Positions 59,801 through 64,000 of a stretch of DNA of 64,000 nt are shown here, piece after piece (positions within the stretch are counted from its first letter, which is position 1; each line of letters begins with the position of its first letter). The stretch is taken from contig NC_047063.1 of the NCBI RefSeq assembly GCF_902459465.1, forward strand, positions 15,934,001-15,998,000. Direction: 5' to 3'. The notes beneath the pieces are model-generated. The model did not search any database and was not told where the DNA came from. It was given only the letters and a program-made list of their open reading frames with translations. The DNA comes from Asterias rubens. Its lineage: Eukaryota. The translations under genes were made by a program, and so were the position numbers.

Positions 59801-61721
59801 CAGTATTAAATAACAATGACTGCAAATTTCACTTCCTGGTGCCCAAGGGCAATAAGATGAGAGTGGGTAGTAACTCCATGCTCTCAACAATAAAGTGATC
59901 CGGCATGGCAGCTAGGACTGACAGTGCAATATGTACTGAACCAATCGGCCCTGTTTTGGTAAAACGATGTATCTCAAAAAAGCTAATTTCAAGAAAAATA
60001 GGTTTAAAGTTGAAATAACTGCCTTTTTGTTTCAGAATATTGGATTGTCATTTTGTTAAAGTTTTTCACTAATGTAATAATTGAAAATAAGTTTCCATAT
60101 TTTGTTATAAGTTTTTGAACATTATTGAAGAAACTGTTACAGTTTATTCAAAGATACATCATTTCACCGAAATAATGCACACTCACAGGAAAGCGTATGT
60201 CGTCAAACTGGTGCATAACAATGGTATACTAAAAAGCATTTGGGATGTTGATTAATTTGCTCAAATGGTGTATGTCAGAGAGATACACCATTTTACCATA
60301 TTTTTAGTTTGTAAAATAAGTGTAAGTGTGACATACATCTTTTTTGTGAATTAAAGTCACAAACTTTGAGTTGTACAGGTCAACATACAGTTTGTATCTT
60401 CTGAACCACTCATCCGTTGACGATAAGATTTTCAGAATCGGAAAGAGCGCCCTCACTTTACTGGGAAATGGCTTTATCTCAAAATTTCAAAAAAATGACT
60501 TACATCGTTTAACCAAAACAGGGCCGCAATGTGCCTGTTTTTTTTAAGGCCACTTCTACCTGGGCCCAATTTCAGAGAGCTGCTGAAATACAAACATGTT
60601 TGCTTGTCCCCAGTGCATTGCCTTAACCAAAGGCGCTGGGATGGGCAAGAGTATCAAGCATGCTCATTGGAATATCCAGAAAATGCTCAGTCCCATCATG
60701 CATCACACTCCTCTGCACCATAGAAAAAGCGCGGCACGCATGACAAACTTCCTGGCCTAACATGCCTTTACAGGTCTAACAAGCCTAAAGCCTTTCTCAT
60801 GCATCTGAACTTGCACACCTAGATGCAACAAGCGAGTGTTTTTTTCTTGCAATATTTCCCTACAACTTTGACGACCAACGAGTCCAAATTTTCACAGGTT
60901 TGTTATTTGATGCATTATTATGGGATACACCAAGGGAGAATACCGACTTCTTTTGGGAATATCAATCTGTGAATTCAACACTGTTTAACCAAATCTATAA
61001 TGTAAGCTGCATCAGAGCCTACTTTACAGAGGGGCTCCAATGTAAAAAAAAAAAAAGTCTTTTGATGCACCTGATTTCCCAATAGATAGAGTTCTTATAA
61101 AAGTGGAGGAAATTATAAGCCTCTAACTTCACAATGTAATGGTGTAAAATGCAATCTGACATTAAAAAAAGTGGGTCTGTTTGCACAATGTACAATCCAA
61201 AGAAGTTTGTGGTAGTCAAAGGTCAAATTCAATGCTGTTTTGATTGTATAGGCCTATCATCCAATTTCAGGAATGAACTAAGTAAATATGTTCTCAGTTC
61301 AATAATTTGCAATGTTATTGCAACGCCATCAAACATTTTGGGTTTTTGACAAATTGAAGGGTGACACTTTCAACACATCTGACGAGATACTTGTAATTTG
61401 TTTTCTTTTCCATACACTATGCAATTAGCGCATCACAAAGCTGATACAGTGTGCGCTGTCCCAGGGCGGATGTCAGGCCCAGGAGGGCACGTCGGGACCG
61501 GGGCTTCTGGAAGATTGTAACACTGCTGGTATTTAAGTTTCTAAGAGCTGAAATTATATTATTACAGCTAGGTTCTGACTCACCTGTGAATCAAACATTC
61601 TGTTGCCATTTTGTCGGTTAGCAGATCTCTCATTTAACCTGTTATTTGAGCCCCTCGGGTTGTGCATGTACACATCAGCATTGATGCACACTGCAAGCAG
61701 TAGTACCACTACACAGCGCAT
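47829..61721 (-). CDS. DD3-3: DD3-3-family secreted protein, 669 aa, 13 coding exons
   Basis: Exons: 61721-61584, 58864-58787, 58003-57811, 57361-57179, 57012-56820, 56194-56022, 55299-55053, 54450-54388, 53047-52890, 51796-51653, 50912-50841, 49528-49354, 48021-47829. Phases match, 2010 nt. Signal peptide [15 protein letters not shown]. Family motifs: [110 protein letters not shown]. Confidence 0.92.
48830..49218. mobile_element. Family B MITE
   Basis: TTAAAGGAACATGTTGCCTTGGATCGGTCGAG ... CTCGACCGATCCAAGGCATCGTGTTCCTTTAA. Confidence 0.92.
49870..49930. repeat. Three perfect 20-bp tandem repeats
   Basis: GAAGTTTCATATCCAGACAT x3. Confidence 0.95.
50065..50235 (+). mobile_element. tRNA-derived SINE fragment
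   Basis: B-box GTTCGAATCC, then TATGTGGATTG..GGGTTTTCCCTGG..CCACATCTAAAAC; a related fragment lies near 2005-2060. Confidence 0.55.
50452..50772. mobile_element. CCATAGA-terminated MITE nested in a family E copy (50301-50790)
   Basis: CCATAGAAACATAACCCGGAGAAC ... GTTCTCCGGGTTCTATTTCTATGG; ATTAAT on both sides. Confidence 0.8.
51153..51646 (+). mobile_element. Family A MITE with a nested family D element (51263-51404)
   Basis: A ends TTAAAGGCACTGGACAC / GTGTCCAGTGCCTTTAA. The insert has (A/G)GGAGACTTTC TIRs and sits in the consensus CAATTG with AT duplicated. Confidence 0.85.
52185..52560 (-). mobile_element. tRNA-derived SINE
   Basis: Head similar to the 17069 copy (GTGTGGGTTTGAGTCCCGGTCAT), AAGAACCCAGTG core, AAAGCGCT..(AAT) tail. 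Confidence 0.65.
53087..53385 (-). mobile_element. SINE with GGGTAAATGGGTACCTG core and (ATT)n L2-type tail
   Basis: B-box remnant GGGTGCGAACCCCGG, conserved core, AAAGCGCTTT and (TTA)n tail. Confidence 0.75.
56365..56766 (-). mobile_element. Family A MITE, diverged
   Basis: Internal consensus and AATTACCAACGTGTCAAGTGCCTTT end. Confidence 0.75.
59298..59680. repeat. Local tandem duplications: two ~90-bp units (59298, 59389) and three ~60-bp units (about 59520-59680)
   Basis: GTTGCTTTGTTTTCAACTTTAAT..ATGGGTTC..CTCCATTATTAAT x2; CTCATCTATTTCCTTATTCC..ACACAG x3. Confidence 0.8.
59946..60526. mobile_element. 581-bp non-autonomous TIR element with a 4-bp TSD
   Basis: TIR CGGCCCTGTTTTGGT(A/T)AAACGATGTA; CAAT at 59942-59945 and 60527-60530. 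Confidence 0.8.
60805..60945 (-). mobile_element. Family A fragment
   Basis: CAAATTTTCACAGGTTTGTTATTT..ATGC..GGGATACACCAAG matches the family A interior. Confidence 0.55.
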
Positions 61722-61847
61722 CTTGTTTGTCAAATGATGCCAACTGATTGCAGGAAATTGGGTTTGGATATTGTTCCAAATAAAAGCAGTCTTAACTACT
61801 CCTCCTTCAAGTAGTTAAGTTTTATCTGAAAGAACAATTGTTTTAAC

Positions 61848-62402
61848 AATAATTCATAAATACCTAAGACAGTTTATCCATTCTGATTGGTCGAGAGGGC
61901 ATCACGAGGGGTTGTTTGAACGGATGATAATAACACCAGTCATGCCAGTTAAAAGTGTTGAAACATGGGCGTGACACGCGAGCTTGCACCTGTGCTTATA
62001 AGGCAGTTTCTTCATTCCTATTGGTCGAGAGCAACGGCCGGGACAGTTGTGCCACATCACGCGAAACACGCGACGCGCACAGCAATCTCCTTATAAGAAG
62101 TTGTTTGCCCGCAAGCCTTACCATTTCATAGCTGGAGGGGTGTTGTGTTGAAAGAAATCAATTAAAATCTTTGCATTTATTTTACTTTTTGACCAAAAAG
62201 TGTTGATGTTTTTGGACCGAAAAGGTATTTATGAATTGGAATCAAAGTGTGTTGAATCGGTTTTCAGCTAGTGGTTTAAACCCGCCGAGGCCTGGTTCTA
62301 GATAATTTACCTCGACTTCGTCTCGGTAAAACTATCATTATCAAGAACCAGGCGGGTTTAAACCACTAGTTGAGAACCGATTCAACACACTTTGATTCCC
62401 TT
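61848..62402. mobile_element. Non-autonomous element ending in a ~162-nt hairpin, class unassigned
   Basis: AATTCATAAATACCT (61851-61865) pairs with AGGTATTTATGAATT (62223-62237). Hairpin 62238-62399 has 49-bp outer arms (47/49) plus inner stems. Confidence 0.75.
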
Positions 62403-63125
62403 GATAAATGAGGTAAATACAAGTCATGATTGGTGATCATCCGGGAAAGAAATGATTAGTTTCAAGGCTGGAAGCTCACTGATATAATAAACTTCAAACC
62501 TATAGAACCAAAATAGTAAGGGGGCGCGTTAGTCCTCTATAAAGAAATAAAGGTCGCACGATTGCAGGTGTCAGATTTGTTAAAAGGAGTGCAGTGCCCC
62601 AGTCATTGGGTCTCGTTCAAACCATGAAGCAAGGACCAGATCTGTGTTATCCTCCACCCAAAGAAACATTTCCATTCGAAGAAAGGCACTGATTCTGAAC
62701 TGAAGTTCATATTCAATAATACACCACCAGTGCAGGCCAATCATACAGAGACTTAATTTCCAAGTTCCATCTGAACTGATTCTAGACTAGAGTTCATTTG
62801 TAACACTAACTAACACTGGGAGGTTAACATTCCTCAAGAGGAATTATTTTCGTCTTAGTTAAAGCTCATTGATTTGAACATCAATAAATCCCACATAAAT
62901 ATTGTCAATGTCTGTTCACTATTTTCAAATTGCGCAAAACACACAACCCGGATTACATAACTTACAACAGCGCAGTGATGGTGAAGAACAGTGAAAAGAA
63001 GAATCACAGATCAAATTAAATCGTAATGTAACCGGAACGTTCGTGAGCCAAACTCAGAGATAGTTACATTCATAACATGGAAAACTGTGCAAAATAGGTT
63101 TCAACGTTGTCAGAATCTTACTTAC

Positions 63126-63330
63126 CACCTTGTGCAGTGAGTTGCCTTTTCCCACTAATGCAAAATGTGCAGTAAAGAGAACAGCAGTCCGCATGCACAT
63201 CACACGTAAAAGCAACAACAACCCGAAAACCGCGACCCCATTGACTCGTCACGCATGAATGATTGTTGGTGATTTGTCAGGTAAAAGTAGTTCCAACAAG
63301 CAGTGATGACGTCATGTCAGTGACGCATTC
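63126..63330 (-). promoter_or_regulatory. Probable non-coding first exon and promoter of the DD3-3-like gene
   Basis: GTAAG donor below 63126 and an acceptor above 61825, upstream of the ATG. CRE TGACGTCA at 63307-63314 and half-site TGACG at 63321. Confidence 0.45.
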
Positions 63331-64000
63331 GCTTGGGCAGGGTGTAGTTGTTCCCAACAATTACGTAATTGCTATTATAAGGTAGCAGGCCTAATTTGAT
63401 CAATAAAAATAGTTACAATTTAAATCTTCAAACATGAATATATAAGGAATTACTGTAGACAATTTAAAATCACAAAGTCAGACGCTATTCGACCTCACTC
63501 GAAAAGGGAGTTTTTGTTTGTTTTCCACACGGGTCCATAAGGCAAACACGGAAATGCTCTCTTAATTAACTTTGTTCCAGCCATAAAGCTACTTATAGCT
63601 CTATGGTGCCAGCATGTTTGTCTCCAATCCCCCCCCCCCCCCCTTAAGCAATCAGTTGGTAAAATATTTAGAATAGTCAAAATGAACAATCAAACGCCGG
63701 GACGTGGGCGGGCCTTTACGGGCAGGTGTTTCCTTTTCAAAGTTGAAAAATCTCCTCAGCTCGTGAGAAAATCATCACAAAAAAAGTTTTAACAGAAATT
63801 GAATAAAATGCGCTGCCCTAATGGCCAGGTGCTCCAATGCCCAAGTTATACCCCACGGACTGGACGACCTGTATAGCATACAATGAGTGGGACATTGATA
63901 AAAATCGCAGAAATCACCGTATCAGCGGCCGCGGACGGTGTAACTCGATGTAGATCGGCGGCACCACCGAGTCGCCGCGGTTTATGGTCAAGTTCATGCA

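Noticed and set aside
63690-64000. CpG-rich segment at the right edge
   Set aside because: Truncated by the window; cannot tell a promoter from the start of a repeat.

Overview
Eukaryotic (metazoan) genomic DNA with GT-AG introns, AT-rich and dense in repeats. Gene content and repeat style suggest an invertebrate deuterostome, probably an echinoderm such as a sea star; this is inference only. Six protein-coding genes were reconstructed by hand with frame-consistent splice junctions. (1) An intronless class A GPCR (-, 3636-4805). (2, 3) Two divergently oriented coiled-coil genes (-, 12073-13098 and +, 19224-20744) that share an ungapped 56-aa motif. (4) A 12-coding-exon PRMT6 (-, 23735-33815, 344 aa). 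(5) A 3-exon methyl-CpG-binding-domain gene (-, 39430-43327, 430 aa) with an AT-hook and a MeCP2-like KLLVKxxFQ motif, but no visible glycosylase or MBD2/3 C-terminal domain. (6) A 13-coding-exon secreted DD3-3-family gene (-, 47829-61721, 669 aa). Introns and intergenic DNA hold about 15 copies of one TTAA-flanked MITE, 4 of a second, several other TIR elements (some nested, with readable target-site duplications), tRNA-derived SINEs, long-hairpin elements and compound satellites. The most notable oddities are the MeCP2-like architecture, an orphan inverted paralogous DD3-3 exon at 43901, the divergent paralog pair, and a MITE inserted into a copy of itself beside the PRMT6 promoter. No CRISPR array, rRNA or genuine tRNA gene was found. 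Most short ORFs in the supplied track are repeat-derived or antisense noise.
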